Below, one piece after another: positions 36,069 through 49,235 of a DNA stretch of 64,000 bases. The translations under genes and the position numbers were made by a program. Position 1 is the stretch's first letter. The number at the start of each line of letters is the position of its first letter. Below the pieces are notes generated by a model. That model made no database searches. It was not told the origin of the DNA and worked only from the letters and a program-made list of their open reading frames with translations. The DNA lies in assembly GCA_030704615.1 (NCBI GenBank), contig CM060731.1, positions 57,288,001 through 57,352,000 of the forward strand, given 5' to 3'. The DNA is from Takakia lepidozioides. Its lineage: Eukaryota > Plantae > Bryophyta.

Positions 36069-37562
36069 ATGGTGCAGTCGGGGAGTAAGTTACAGAATTC
36101 ACCTACGAATGGGAAGAGTTCCAATGCAGCATCTGAAGATACTATGGGCGAAAGAGGGGGGCACAAATCAGCAGATTACTTCAGGGATGTCCTCAAGCTG
36201 AATGCGACAGGCAAGAATCCCAAACAACTTCTCTAAGACAAAGACATCACCAAAGAACAATGTGCAAAGTTGTTTGGACAACCTGCAAACAAGAATGGCT
36301 ACTTTTACATGGGTTGTACTGACAAGAGTATGATTCCCAAAATCGAGGACCTGTGGAGTAAGGTTCATGGGTATGATTGTAAGCCAACCAGTGGTATCAT
36401 TGCAAACTTGATGGCAAGGGATATTGTCTATGAAAAAAGGACTGGACAAAAACTCAATTGGGCAGCATACGCGGCATGGACAGCTAAGCAACAAGAAAGA
36501 ATGAAGGAGCATCGAGAAGCAAAGGACCCTGGCAGCACAGACAGTAAGCCAAAGCTAGGAGTTTGTGAATTGAAAGACAGGCTACGCAAAACCCCAGGTA
36601 GAGGCAAAGAAGGACTGAAACAAACGCCTGAGCAAGTGATTGCAGAGATGGAAAGGAAAAAACATGAGCAAGAGTATGTGGCAACTGCCCTAGCGAGTCT
36701 TCAGGAACTACATGATTTGAAGTATGAGGAGATGTGTGGGGCAAAGGAAGAGTTGGAGAGGTTAAGAAAGGGAAGTTGGACTTGATGGAGAAGACGCGGA
36801 CTGTTCGGGTGCAAATGGAAGACAGACAATGGTGTCTTGCAGAGTGTCGGAACAAGATTGCAGACCTAGAGGCCAAACTCTCCCACGAGGGTGCCACAAT
36901 CCGAGCCGGGGAAGAGACCTTAATGCAAAAAGGGGAAGAGAGTGTTGGGTTACTGAATTGTGGAAAGGGAAGACAGTCTGAGATGCAAAGGGAACTTGAC
37001 CAAAAGAAATCAATTGAAGCAGAATTTTGGCTCAATGCTGATAAGACCGAAAAAGAGTTCAATGCTTTGTGTGATGCAGGGGACCAGGAAGACAGGGACA
37101 TTAGAGTGGCAGAGAATGTGGTCGATGTTGCTGACACAGAGAGGAGTCTTATCCAAGATCAGATTGAGGCCTTGACAAATGGGGACAAAGGACTCGCCAT
37201 CTATCCTATGCCTATATGTCATCCTCAAGTGATCAAAGATAGTACGTCCATCAAGGATTTCCTGAAGGTCTCTCCTTGCCCTGTTTGCCACAAAGGTTTC
37301 CACTATTGGGACATGGTGGTGGCATCTTGTAAGCACACTTACCATCCTGCTTGTATGGCATCCCATATGAAGACGTCAAACAGGTGTAGGGACTTCAGCT
37401 GTTCAGAGATCATGCATCCTGATTGGTGTTCTAGTTTTGGGTTTAGGATTCTTGACCCAGAGGTGCAGGCACTTGCGGAAAAGCTGAGAGTGGTTGAGCT
37501 GCGCCAAAGGTGGATGTCAAAGCAACTTCACGAAGCCAGGGTTAGAAACACCCAAGTTCCAG
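36069..37562 (+). pseudogene. Sola cargo gene: helical N-terminus, coiled coil and RING-H2-like finger (frameshifted)
   Basis: CPVC-x11-CKHTYHPAC-x10-C-x4-C preceded by heptad repeats. Probable splice donor CAG|GTAAG near 37562. Confidence 0.7.
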
Positions 37563-37749
37563 GTAAGATTGATTGCAACATTTCCATGTTTTCTTCTTCA
37601 GAAAACTTGTGTGGTCCAAGGCTGTACCTCTTCATGTCCAATCCTCAGGACTGTAGTCCCAAGATTGGACCTTCAACCCCTTCAACTGACTATGAGTCTG
37701 AATGTGGGACTGCAAATGTTATTATTTGTCCTTTTAGTGGAGTGAATCC

Positions 37750-38290
37750 TTACTGGGGAGTCCTTATTGAGGAGTGTCATTCTTAACTAGAATTCTGAGT
37801 CTTCAGTCATGTGGAGTGTGAGTCCAAGTGCTGACTCATGTGGAGTATGAGTCGATGTGTTTAGTCATGGGGAGTGTGAGTCCACTTGCTGACTAATTAC
37901 TGGGAGTATGAGTCCTTAATGATTTCCACTGATTTCCAGTTTGGAATCAGAGTCCTGTGGAGGGTCAGTCCATGTGCTTAATCATGTGGAGTGTGAGTCC
38001 AACTGCAAAATAATGGATGTGGAATGCGAGTCCTTATTGAGGAGCTTGCTTCTCAACTTGGAATCTGAGTCATGGCCCAGATGGAGTGTGAGTCCTAATT
38101 AGGGAGTGTGAATCTTGCTTGTAGTCCCACCATCAGCTGCATAGAACTTGGAAGTCTAATATGGGGGACAAAAAGTCCATTATGATGGACTGTGCACTCC
38201 CCACATAATTATTGTAGTCCAACTGTTGGGACTTCGGCCAATGGTAAGGACTACAATGACTTGTCTGGACTCAAATTACAGTTAATGTTG
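37750..38290. repeat. degenerate GGAGT(G/A)TGAGTC(C) motif array
   Basis: About ten dispersed copies. Confidence 0.75.
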
Positions 38291-38365
38291 TATTGGTAGA
38301 CAGTAGGCACCAAGTGATAATTCAGCCTTCTCAAACCAGTTGTAATGGTGTAGGTGTGATAGCAG

Positions 38366-39619
38366 ATGATGGCTTCATTGATGCCAACAAACGAAGACCA
38401 GGACCTCCATCTCAGGCCACCACCAACTATAGCGCATTCACCACCAACTACAGTGGAGGCCAAAGTGGACATGGTGGTAGTGCTTGTGAACCAAAACTTC
38501 CCTCGAACTCCAAGCTCGTCAACTCTTCAAATGTCACCTTTGGGGCTGTCGCGGCCGGGGATCGTTGCACCAATTGTTGGTGATCCGTTGAACCCTGAGG
38601 TTGATGTCACACCTGATACCATCATGCAAGAGGTTTCAGCTTCAGGAAAGGGTTATGTCAAGAAGTTCCTCATTCCTGGTTCTCCACCAAAAAAGATTCC
38701 TGGATCTCCACTGCAGGCTGCATTTGTTCCAGAGATTGTCACGACACATACGCTACAAAGTACACATGAAGATGTTGTGGACTTGACAATCCCATCCACT
38801 GTTGTTCCTCCTTATGTGGATGTGAAGGTTGAAAGAGATGGTGCCCAAAATACTGGACATGTGGCAACCCTCTCATCAGACTCAGAATTGGGGTCACAGG
38901 GATTTGAAACTGATGCTGGGGCCGACTCCCAGTCTGATTCTGATACAGTTGTGTTGCACAGTACCATAGGTGGAGGCCCCTCACAAGTTTCAGATCCTAT
39001 ATTTCATGTCACTCCACCAGTTGCTACCTCCCTTGTTGCTCCGCCAATATCCATTCCCGCAGTTCCAGCTCAATTGGATGGTGGTTCTCCATTACCTATG
39101 GTAGTATATGTACCTCATGCCTTAGCGACAACCCCTCCTGTTCTTGGACCAGTGTTGAACCCCCCAGCTGCAGCCCTTGTCAGTCCACATGTTCAGGCAA
39201 CAGGGAAGCGTAAACGAGAACGAAAGAGATCTCGCAAGGCATTGAGTGCAGAGTATGCAAAGAAGCCCACCACTAGGGCGGATTCTAAGGTATCAATTGA
39301 CAAGGATATGGACAAGTGCCCAGGTGAAAGTACCCCCTCATCAAAGAGAGTTGTCGTGCACAAGCCCTTGGATACGAATGAAGACAACGATCTGAGCCAC
39401 CATGATAAGAGTAACTCAATCCCACGGGACGGTGTTGTGAAGGCCGCTCGGGGCCCTGTTGTGAAGTCACTGAACACCGTGAAGACTCCTCCCAACTTGA
39501 CCACTCGGGGGCCTGTTGTCAAGTCCCTTAATACTGTCAAGACCCCACCTAACTTGAAGATGGATGCAGGTTCTTCTGGTGCAGGCCCTAAGAAGAAGAA
39601 AAGAAAACATATCAACTAG
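38366..39619 (+). CDS. 417-aa Pro/Ser/Val-rich ORF with basic NLS-like clusters; possibly a later exon of the RING gene
   Basis: Long uninterrupted frame with KRKRERKR and PKKKKRK, and an internal 19-aa duplication. Confidence 0.5.
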   Translation: MMASLMPTNEDQDLHLRPPPTIAHSPPTTVEAKVDMVVVLVNQNFPRTPSSSTLQMSPLGLSRPGIVAPIVGDPLNPEVDVTPDTIMQEVSASGKGYVKKFLIPGSPPKKIPGSPLQAAFVPEIVTTHTLQSTHEDVVDLTIPSTVVPPYVDVKVERDGAQNTGHVATLSSDSELGSQGFETDAGADSQSDSDTVVLHSTIGGGPSQVSDPIFHVTPPVATSLVAPPISIPAVPAQLDGGSPLPMVVYVPHALATTPPVLGPVLNPPAAALVSPHVQATGKRKRERKRSRKALSAEYAKKPTTRADSKVSIDKDMDKCPGESTPSSKRVVVHKPLDTNEDNDLSHHDKSNSIPRDGVVKAARGPVVKSLNTVKTPPNLTTRGPVVKSLNTVKTPPNLKMDAGSSGAGPKKKKRKHIN

Positions 39620-41597
39620 GTACAAGCTGAGTACTGTACACTTATGCTTTTATCACTAATGTTAGAATAACTCTTGGTTGTTATTTTGCCAATTCATGCT
39701 CAAGTTTCTGATGCAATTTAACTCCTCTATGCATGATATATAGGACATACATCTGGTATACGTCTAGTGCTGAATTATGAGACAGAAGTATAGTAAGATC
39801 TTGAGCATTGTGGGTGGCAATGCAGGGCATGTGATTAGCAGACCGCCCCTATGAGGACTTTACCACTCGCTGCTGTCATTGTGGGGACAGGTCTCGTCTC
39901 TTCATCAGTACTTGTTCATTTATGACATGGCCACTTTGGGAGGCAGGCACCAAGCAAAGGCTAGTCTTTCATCGATGGGGTAGAGGTTGGTGCCACGATA
40001 TGTCAATGTTGAGCAGTTTAGAACTGGCAGAGGATGTGTTAGTTGTTACCATTAGGTGCCCAGCCAAGTCATGTGATGTGGATTTGCCCTTGTGGTTTCT
40101 CGAGTAGCTCACAATGGACACATGACATGGATTGAGGGCATGCACATTACTGTTCTTTGTTCATTTTCTGCTGATAGGTATGCTGTACATGTTTGAGTAA
40201 GGCAGCAATATCATGACAGTGGTTTTTGAAAACAATGCACTCTATTTTGCTATCTGTTTCTGATAGGAATTGCTAGAATACCTTTGTGCAGGCAGTCTAC
40301 TGTCATTCATTCTATGTGAGAAAGATGGCTTTGAAAGGCCCGTTGCTTTTCCTGCCTGTGCTACAATTCTCCAACATGCGTGGGTTTAACAGAGTCTGCG
40401 CCTGAAATTTGACTAACTGGTGGATGGTATGGCTACATCCGGTTGCGTACCTCTATCCTCCTTTGCTTGACTCTGATAGTTCATTTACAAAACTGCAATC
40501 GGACACCAACAATACAAGTCTCCATCTCTCAATGGTAATTAGTCTAGCTCCTTGGTGAAGATCCCTGGTATGGCGGACCGAAGCCTGGCCAACAGACAAC
40601 ATTCCCATCATTCCCCTCTCTACAGGAGACAAGCTGGTTCTGTACCCCAAGTCAGGACACTAATCAACTCACTAAACAGAATATACCTCAGTAATGGCAG
40701 CTCTAAGCAATCTACCTTCGCTCAATTGAGCACATAAATGTGATTTGTAGTGCTGCCTGCCTAATTCTTCAGAGAGTTTGATAGTATCTCTCAACTTCAT
40801 CCAAGCCCAAAAATTACTTGTGTGTATGATTTAATGCATGCAGTTCAATATGCAAGGATGGCTTAACTTTGAAGAGGGAATCAAGACAGTATGATAGCAG
40901 GTCTGCTGCTGTTCCACTTGATTGTCCCACTGTGTTTGGAAGGCTGTTAGCAACTCAGACTAGAATGGCGCCCGGCTTCAGCGTGTTGAGGATCATGTGC
41001 CTTGAGGAACATGTGCCTTATTTTTACAGCTATGATCTTCTCCACTTTCTTATCCAAAACGAGGGTGTGGAACTTTGAAAGGACCAGGAAGTATGACAAG
41101 TTGTAGGGTTTATGATGAGGTTTTGCCATATCTTCGTAGCCAGGCACCTTTGCCAACCAGTTGGTATGAGAAGGGGGAGGACAACAGATTGTGTGATCAG
41201 AGAGGAAGGCAGACACACTCCAAATAACAAGAAACCAATCACAGAAAGAAAACCAGACACATTAAATTGAAATTCCCCGCCTTGTGAAGTGATACACCAC
41301 AGCACTAGTGCGGGAATTCTAGTCACCAGGCACATTCAATTGAACAGTAACAAATTTGGCCACAGCCACAGCCTCTTCAGCCATAGCTTGCAAGATAGAT
41401 TATAGATTATGAATTATAATCTGCGGCCAAATAACAAAGCTACATACATACAAATTCCGAAAACAATCTCTCAGCTCACAAGCAACTTGTAATTCACATT
41501 GCTACATATTTGAGTTACATAACCCAAGGGAGAATTGGACCCCATCCCGATAAGGGAAGTTGCCCGTCAACCATGGATTGGCCTGCAACATGCCATC

Positions 41598-44500
41598 TTA
41601 GCGATCTTCCATTGCTGCCAGAGCTTCATTGATGCCTTCCAATGCATCCGCAGACAAGGTGAAGACTGCATCCTTGCCTTTGACTCGATATGTCGCTGGA
41701 GGCATAGCAAATTTGATAGCCCTCACCAAATGCGAATACAGAAATGCCAAAGGCTGGTCAGATAGGAACTTGTAAGCCTTATCTCTTCTTCCACACAACT
41801 GGTAATATCTCCCTGCAACCACATGCTCGCCAGGGTCAAAAGTACTTCCCCACCCATCTGTGAATGTCTCCATAACAACGTGAACCGGCCTTTCACAACA
41901 GAGCAAGTAGAAGTCCACCCCTTCTGAGTTTCCAGCTTCAGCATTGCAGGCAAAATTGTCCCCTGCATCCAAGCAGGAGGCCAAGTCCTCCCCATCTCCC
42001 CCAAACTCCTGTTCTTCATCCCTTCTTCTTCAATCTGCCTCCGGACAGCAGTTGTATTTGTAGGTTGCAGGGTTTGCAACTTCCATTTTTGTGCATGAGC
42101 AATACTGATGCAGTTGTCCCAATCAAGATCCAAACAATGCGGACAAAAACATGCTAAGTCTCGAACCATAAGTTTGGTTGGGTCTGACTTGTTCCTCCCA
42201 AGAATGGAATGTAAAGACCGAGTTCCAGGTACGGTCTTGCAATCCCACTCTTGTGTACGGTCAACATCTTCTGTACCAACAAGCCAAAAATGTCTTTTCA
42301 CTGCTGTTCTAATCTTAGAGTACGAAGAAGGAGGTCGGGTGGACAGGTTCTTGCGCAAAAAAGCTACTGCCTCAGCAGCATTTTGCAGCTTCACACCATT
42401 TGAGTTTAACTGCTCTGCTCGTAAAGCCCTCTTGATCACAGCACCAGCCCCATCGTGCTCACCTTTCCCGTGCCCTGATCCAAAAAAGTTCCACCACATT
42501 GTGCAACCCCCTGTGATGTGGGGGTACCTACTAACAAAATACCAAGGACGAGCACCTTTAAACTGAGCAGCACAACCGTCACTCCATACCCAATGCGATT
42601 CAGGTCTGAACCCTGCTTCAGCAAGGTAATTCCAATGAAACCGAAAGCAATGTTGTACGAACAGCGTGTCATGCTTGTTGTCATCAGAAATGTAAAAGTG
42701 CATTTCTTTCAAAACCTTGGAATCGGGATCATTCACATCAGGGTGTGGATTCCACCGGTAGGTAATGTGCACCAATATAGTGATCTGGAAACTGTGCCAG
42801 TGCATCTCTTGCACTTCATTCTGAACCGTAAAAGTGTAGTTTTCAGCAAAGTCAACAACAGACAATATTGTATTCTCTGGCAAAGATTTCAAACTGGCTT
42901 TAAACTGAGCATCTTGCCATCGGGCTACAAAGTTATGACGAACAAAAGCCTGTAGCTTGGGTTTGAAGTACGACAAGAATTCAACAGAGGAAGTCGTTTG
43001 GTATTGGAGTTTCAGTCTCATTCTAGGGGCTCCATCTTTCTCCCCAACATTCTCTTTTGCATAGCATCTCCACTGCACTGTCAAATCACAACCATTTGCC
43101 TCCACGGGACAAATAGATAACTTACTTGAGCCACACCTCAAGCACTCTCCCATGAGACAGTCTCGCCGATGCCATTCATCCAATTCCCCTTTGGGACAAA
43201 CAATTTCTTGCCAAAGCCAAGTCACTCCTTTGTAGGGGTGCTTGTTCGCTTGACAACCAGCTTCACCATCTAATACTGGTCCACGTCGACAAATATTACA
43301 GTCACAAGTACATGATGATGGAGAGTGGACACCCCTCTCGGCAGTCCGCATGTTGTTGAACCCATCCTTCAACTCCGCCATCTCCACATGATATTTGCAG
43401 CAACAAACATTACGATCCTTCAGGCGTTTGACAAAGAATGGCCTCAACAACTCAAACAATCGTTGACCCACTTTGACATTGGGATGGGCTGATTTGAAGC
43501 GAAGAAAGAAAGCAGTCTGCATTGCCACCACAACATGCACAAAGAGAATCCCATTTAGTGCATGCACTAAGAATACCTACTACTAGACCTAGACCAGTCC
43601 TAGACCTAGTCTTAGTCATAGTCCTTTCTCATCACATGTCAAATTGTACAAGTACTAATCAGTCCTAGTAGTCCTAGACCTAGTCCTTCCTAGTCACATA
43701 TGAAGTAGTACATGTACTAATCAGTCCGAGTGTGAGTCCTTTCTAGTCACATATCAAGGAATGCATGTACTAACCAGTCCTAGTCCTAGTCACATACCAA
43801 TGAATGCATGTCCTAATCAGTCCTAGTCCTACTTCTTTCTAGTCACATATCAAGGAATGCATGTCCAAATCGGTCCTAGTCCTAGTCATTGTCCTTTTCT
43901 AGTCACATTTCAAGGAGTGCATGTACTAATGGAGTACATGTACATCGACTTCTAGTCCCTCCAAATCAAATTACATGGAGTGCATGCTATTTTGTCCTAT
44001 CTAGTCATAATATAAGGAGTGCATGCTAGTGAGTCGTACTTCTAGTCCATCCCAGGCCTGTTTACAATGAGTACCAGTCCATGAACAAGAGGGACATCTT
44101 CAAGACACTCCAATTCAGGACATGAGCTGGACATAGTGTCCACAATTGAGTACAGTAATCTCAGTCCACTAGTAGGTTTACAGGTGACGATGTACCTTGT
44201 CTAGGGAAAATATACGAGGCAACCCAAACAACACAATGGCAGTTGACAAACTCCAACATAGTCCAATACAGTTATGTACAGTAGTAAGTGTAGAAGGATT
44301 GTAAAGTACTGAGAGCCCACACAAACACTGTAAAGAGAGGGTTCGCTTACCTGAGTCTCAAGAAGATAGTGAGCAGGTTGTGTATCATAGATTTTCCTCG
44401 ATACGCGCTACCTCACGACATCTTTCTTGTTGGGTGACACTCGTGTCTCATTTACCCACCAAGCCAAAACGATCGCTCGGGTCGCATCTGGTACATGATC

Positions 44501-45163
44501 AGACCTTTTCTTTCTCCCACCCAAAGCCCACAAACCCTCACCTTCTGAATCAATGACTCTTCGTCGTACAATTGCACGACTAATATTGCTATGATGAATA
44601 TTAAGGATACGAGCCGTTGCCCTCACAGCAGTGGTCTGGGTTCCACTAACAGACGCTGTCAAGAATGAGCGTTTACTCGCAAGCTTATCTAAAGACTGCA
44701 CACCCTTAACAAGTTGCATGGAGCTCTGCTGGTTCTTCAACAGATCTGCATGCGCCTTGGCCTCCTTAGGCGGCAAGTAATAGGCAGGTAAGCTGAGTTT
44801 AATGAGATGGTGACCCAAAAATAACTCCATTACCTCTGTTTGTGAATGAAGTGTTGGGCATTCCCTCAATTGCTTGTAACAGAAGTCGGCCATTTTCAAA
44901 GCTATTCTCCTCTTGTCTCGTTCTCCAAACCCCACCCTGGCATCTTCCACAGAACCTTGCCCAGACGTTGTAGTAGCCGCATGAATCTCTGCCTCTTTTT
45001 GGGCTTGAAGTCTCTCCCTATACATTCTTTTCTGGTCAGCGTGGGTTTGTTTGCGTGCATCCTCGGTGGGCCTGGCTGCAACCAACAAAGCCAGTTTTGC
45101 CCTTTTTTGGGGGCCTGGTCTTACCTCTCCATTTACCCTATACTTGTTCTTCTTGTTCCCCAT
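41598..45163 (-). pseudogene. Sola2-like transposase (intron 43517-44350, premature stop at 44408, frameshift near 42000)
   Basis: CCCKYH, VDFAENY, QEMHW, ISDDNKHD, WSDGCAAQFK and GHGKGEHDGAGAVIKR. Confidence 0.8.
43580..44060. repeat. intronic degenerate (CT)AGTC(C) tandem array
   Basis: Repeated CTAGTCC and CTAGTCACATATCAAGGAATGCATG units. Confidence 0.85.
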
Positions 45164-45487
45164 TGAAAACTGATACAACTGTTAGCACAATATAGAGATC
45201 GGAAACCAGACAGCAGTTTGCTTAAGTGTACTCTCTCTCCCAATGGTTGTCCCAGTCCAATTCAGTTGTATGAAAACATGGCATGCAAAACAACCCAAAG
45301 CAAATGTGAGAAGAATATCAACACTCTCGGTTCTGTTGCACCAATTTACACCAAGTAGGAAAATCTGCAATGAATATGACAACAAATGGGAGAGCCCCCA
45401 CCTTTACTTGTTATGTAATCAGCCACAAACCCAATGCTTCCACGATTTACTTCACCATTCCTATTATTCTCTCACCCTTGTCGTCTG

Positions 45488-45665
45488 AACTGTGGACAAA
45501 ATCAGAATGTCGACTTCACGTCCTTGAAACCCATCCACAGTATTGAACTCAATGTCACATGCTGCACCAGAACCTAGTGCACGAATAAAGCGATTCTGAA
45601 GCAGTAATAGCTGCTGCTTGTACAATGTAATTATTATCCCAAAGCGCCCTGGCCTCACCTCAGCT
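45488..45665 (-). pseudogene. captured fragment of a Sen1/Upf1-like SF1 helicase (AAA_12 region)
   Basis: GIIITLYKQQ...IEFNTVDGFQGREVDILILSTV. Confidence 0.85.
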
Positions 45666-47374
45666 GAATACCTGGTAAAATTCCACCAAACGCAGCAGCA
45701 GCAAAGAACGCATATCATCAGTAGGAAAATCGCATATCATCACAATACAACATCATTTTGAACCCCCAAGGATGCACCTTGAGAGGGACCCTGTATATAA
45801 TCAAGTCTCCTGCTATAGGGCAGTCAATGCAATATGCCGGTAGGGGTTCCCACTCAAAAACAGGATGAGCACGATAAGGCATGAGATTGCTATGGTGGCG
45901 GGAGCCCTGGATAGAGAACCTATCCAAACTAACGCATAGTACATCCTCTGACTCATGTTCAACTTGAGGGAAGATTAACATTATTCTAGATGGAGGTAAT
46001 GCGCATGCTGTAAGTAGCTGCGATTGAAGTGCACGCGACCTACAAGCAGCTTGCGTACCCAAGACTTGAGCTAGTAGATGGGGCTGATATGGTTCAGATT
46101 GTGACCCTCACAAACGCAAACACAATACCACTTTACAGCTAGTTATCACTATACAAAGATTGCAACCTCCAAAACTCACACATGTATCACATAAATACTA
46201 CACAGGGCACTTTCTTGGAACTCAGGTGAGCAACATAGACAAATGAATGTGCGTGCGTAGTGAGTACGACAAGAGCAAAACCAAACACCCGAATGCTGGA
46301 GGAAATGGCCAGGTTGCACGAAGATACGGAAATGGCGAGGTTGCACGCCAATACTGCCCGTGTCGCACCCCGTATCCAACGTGTTCCAGGCTGTTGTGCA
46401 CTCTAGTGCATTACATAACAACTGAAAGCCTATCATGCATGGCTATCTCTACACACTCAAAAATATGAGAAAGAAGATCGATAGCACGAATAGAACGTTA
46501 GGCCATTAGGGCAAAGGTGTATGGGCCACACTTGCAAACGCGCAGACATTTTGAAAATCTACGTTGACAGACCACCCGACGACGGGTGACCCGCCGTCTC
46601 GCACACTCCATGCGCGAGACTGTTGTCTTGAAGCTTTTCATGCAGCATCCATGGCGGACGCAGCCGCGCAGTCCATATCTCACGGTAGGCAGCTCGAACG
46701 ACTTAGTTTTTTTCACCAAAATGGCATACGTAGCAACCTTTAGTGTCTCCTGCAACCCCTTTGCCCTTATGTGAATGTTACATTATTTTCTAGATTTTCC
46801 AAAATATACACCAATGTAACTCTCTTCATGAAAAATCATCAAGCAGTTCATTCCTTCATAAAAACCTCCATATCATTGTAAAGTGCCTTAGGGAGTCTTG
46901 AAAGCTACACTTCTTATGAAAGGACCATAGCATGAAAATGAATGGAAGAAGGTCTAATGAATTAGGATGTTCCAAGATAAAATGATAGATTTTGAAAATT
47001 TCTCACATATCTCATAAACTAATTCTTAGGGCTACATTGTGGTTTCCACGTATAACGGTGACCTTCCTACTGGACATTAAAATCCCTATGTGAATTGAAG
47101 TTTTCCACCACTCCAATTGATTCCATATAGTCCACAACCTTACTTTGGACATCATACATACTTTTACGTTTGGACTTCATTCAATGCTCAAATCTCCATG
47201 GATTCCAAAAAGAAAACCACCGTTGTTTTCAGCACAAAATAAGGATCAATGATTCATGTCTAAACTTTCAAAATGCACTTATATCCAACATCCATGTCAG
47301 TCCTTCTATGTGGCACTGCATTCGCAGAGAGCTTGGGACGTCCATTTTGGGTGGACCGTAGCATGCTTTGACCC

Positions 47375-48796
47375 ACCAGCAAATCCTCTCGGCTGGGTCC
47401 AACTCCTTTTCTGCCCCATTAAGGAACAAACAGTACCCGGATGTCTGCAGGCACGCATGCACAATATCATGTCGTGTTGCCATGTACATGTCCGACTTCA
47501 CGGAGCCACTCCCTGCTTGCCAGCTCGCGTGAATTGATTTTGACATATTCACATTCGGCATGTCCGCGTCCTCCTCCAAATTGAGTCCCTCAACAGAGCA
47601 AAAAAACTTGTAAGATGGGAAGTCGGCATAGACTTGCGTGGCGCCGGAAAACCAAAATGTACATGCATGCCTCTTGTGGACTACTCACTTATAGGACACG
47701 GGAAGTCGGCACAGGATTATAGAGGCGACTGGGCATACAAACAAAATAAACATACTGGAAAGACGACACAGACATCCCTGTCAGAGTTCCGGCGACATGG
47801 AACTGGACATGGGAAGTCGGCACAGACTTACAGAGGGTTGTGGACACAGAATCTGAAAACCACAGTGGTAGGTCGGCACAGACTTCCCTGTTTGCACATG
47901 GGAAGTTTGCACACAAACGTGGTTGGGCACAGTGGCACTCCACTGACAAGTCGACATAGACTTCCATGTGATAGAAAAGGACGGGAAAGCTGCACAGAGT
48001 TGCACTGGGTTCGGGGAACAATATAGTAATAGCACAGTGGTAAGTCGGCACAAACTTCCTTGTTTTCACTCCCGGAGCATTGCCATGGGAAGTCGGTGCA
48101 GACTTAAAGAGGTGGCTGGACACACTGTCAAAATAGCCAATGCGAAGTCGGTGCAGACTTCCCTATCACGCACAAGGCATGCATGATGCCGGAGGTGGGA
48201 AGTCGGCACAGACTCCCCGAGCACCGATTCTGGCGGTGACAGTCCACCCATCATCTGCTCACGTTAGCAACCGCAAAAGCAATGGATATAGTAGTGGTGA
48301 CTTTGGCACCTGCATTCTTACCTCCCTCACGAATGACCCAAGCTGGGCATACCGGTATGTCCACCGCGAAAGCCAGCTATCTAGGGCGGGAATATCTTCT
48401 TCGGTTGCCGCTCCCGATGATATCCACCATGATCTGATTGACATGAATGCTATCTCAGCTTCTGTTGCTGTGGCGGCCGACCTCCACTGTCCACACAATT
48501 TAATGTGTGCCGCTTGAAAGTTTGGCCGAATGAGGTCCTTGGTATGCCTCTGAAGACTTTGTCCCCAATGAAATCCGCAAGTTCTCTCCCTACCTGGCAT
48601 AGGGTTCCCGCCACCATAAACATTTCGAACCGCCGCCCAGTTCGCATTCGCATTGTCCGCCATGAATCCTCTAAAATGCGGTGGTCTCTTTCTTGCTCGG
48701 ACCATCTGCTCATTGATGCTCTCCCACATAATCATTTGAGATGGTGTGTCTTCCGAATTCATCTCGCAAATGGCGATGGTCATGAGCTTCCTGTAG
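47375..48796 (-). pseudogene. copy B transposase, catalytic middle part, with a palindrome-filled intron (~47590-48320)
   Basis: RKLMTIAICEM, FMADNANANW, CGFHW and DMPNVNMSKSIHASW. Confidence 0.88.
47618..48218. repeat. array of ~12 GAAGTCGGCACAGACTTC palindromes, spacing mostly ~55 bp
   Basis: Read directly. The same motif occurs at 3028-3383, 50047-50245, 51128-51640, 52922-53245, 53822-54025, 54894 and 62659-62846. Confidence 0.9.
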
Positions 48797-49235
48797 TTGG
48801 GCGGCAGACCATTTTCGGCAAGTTGATTTCCGAAGAAGACATCACGAAGTGGGCTGAGCATTTTTTGTGGGTTCTTTTGCGGCTTGCGGCCTTGTGCTCA
48901 GAGGCCATTCTGCACCGACTTGCCGGTTCCATTTCAAATGGCTACGACGGACTTCGTGGGTCCATCTGCAGGATACGTTGCACTGCCCTGAAGTCGTTGC
49001 AGACTTCCGGCAAACAGTCGGAATGTTAGGGATGTACGCGGATTCTGACAAGTAAGTTGCTGTTGGAAAATGCAAGAAGAATGCCGTTTGCTAAATGCCA
49101 AAGCTGCGCCACCTAGAAAGTGGTGGACAAGGACCGCTCCATTTCAAATTTCTCAATGTACATACAAACACTGACATCATCTTGTTTGTACTTGCACTCT
49201 ATTCAGGACACACCTTCTACTCTGTCACTGTCAAC

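Larger units (their letters stand above)
4633..47374 (-). mobile_element. Sola2-like DNA transposon (~14.8 kb without the nested LTR element)
   Basis: 30-bp TIRs GGGTAGAAGCATGGTACGGGCCATCCAAAA / GGGTCAAAGCATGCTACGGTCCACCCAAAA (25/30). 4-bp TSD ACCA at 4629-4632 and 47375-47378. Removing it rejoins the copy B transposase (GPSREDLLV-RAASRS). Confidence 0.85.
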
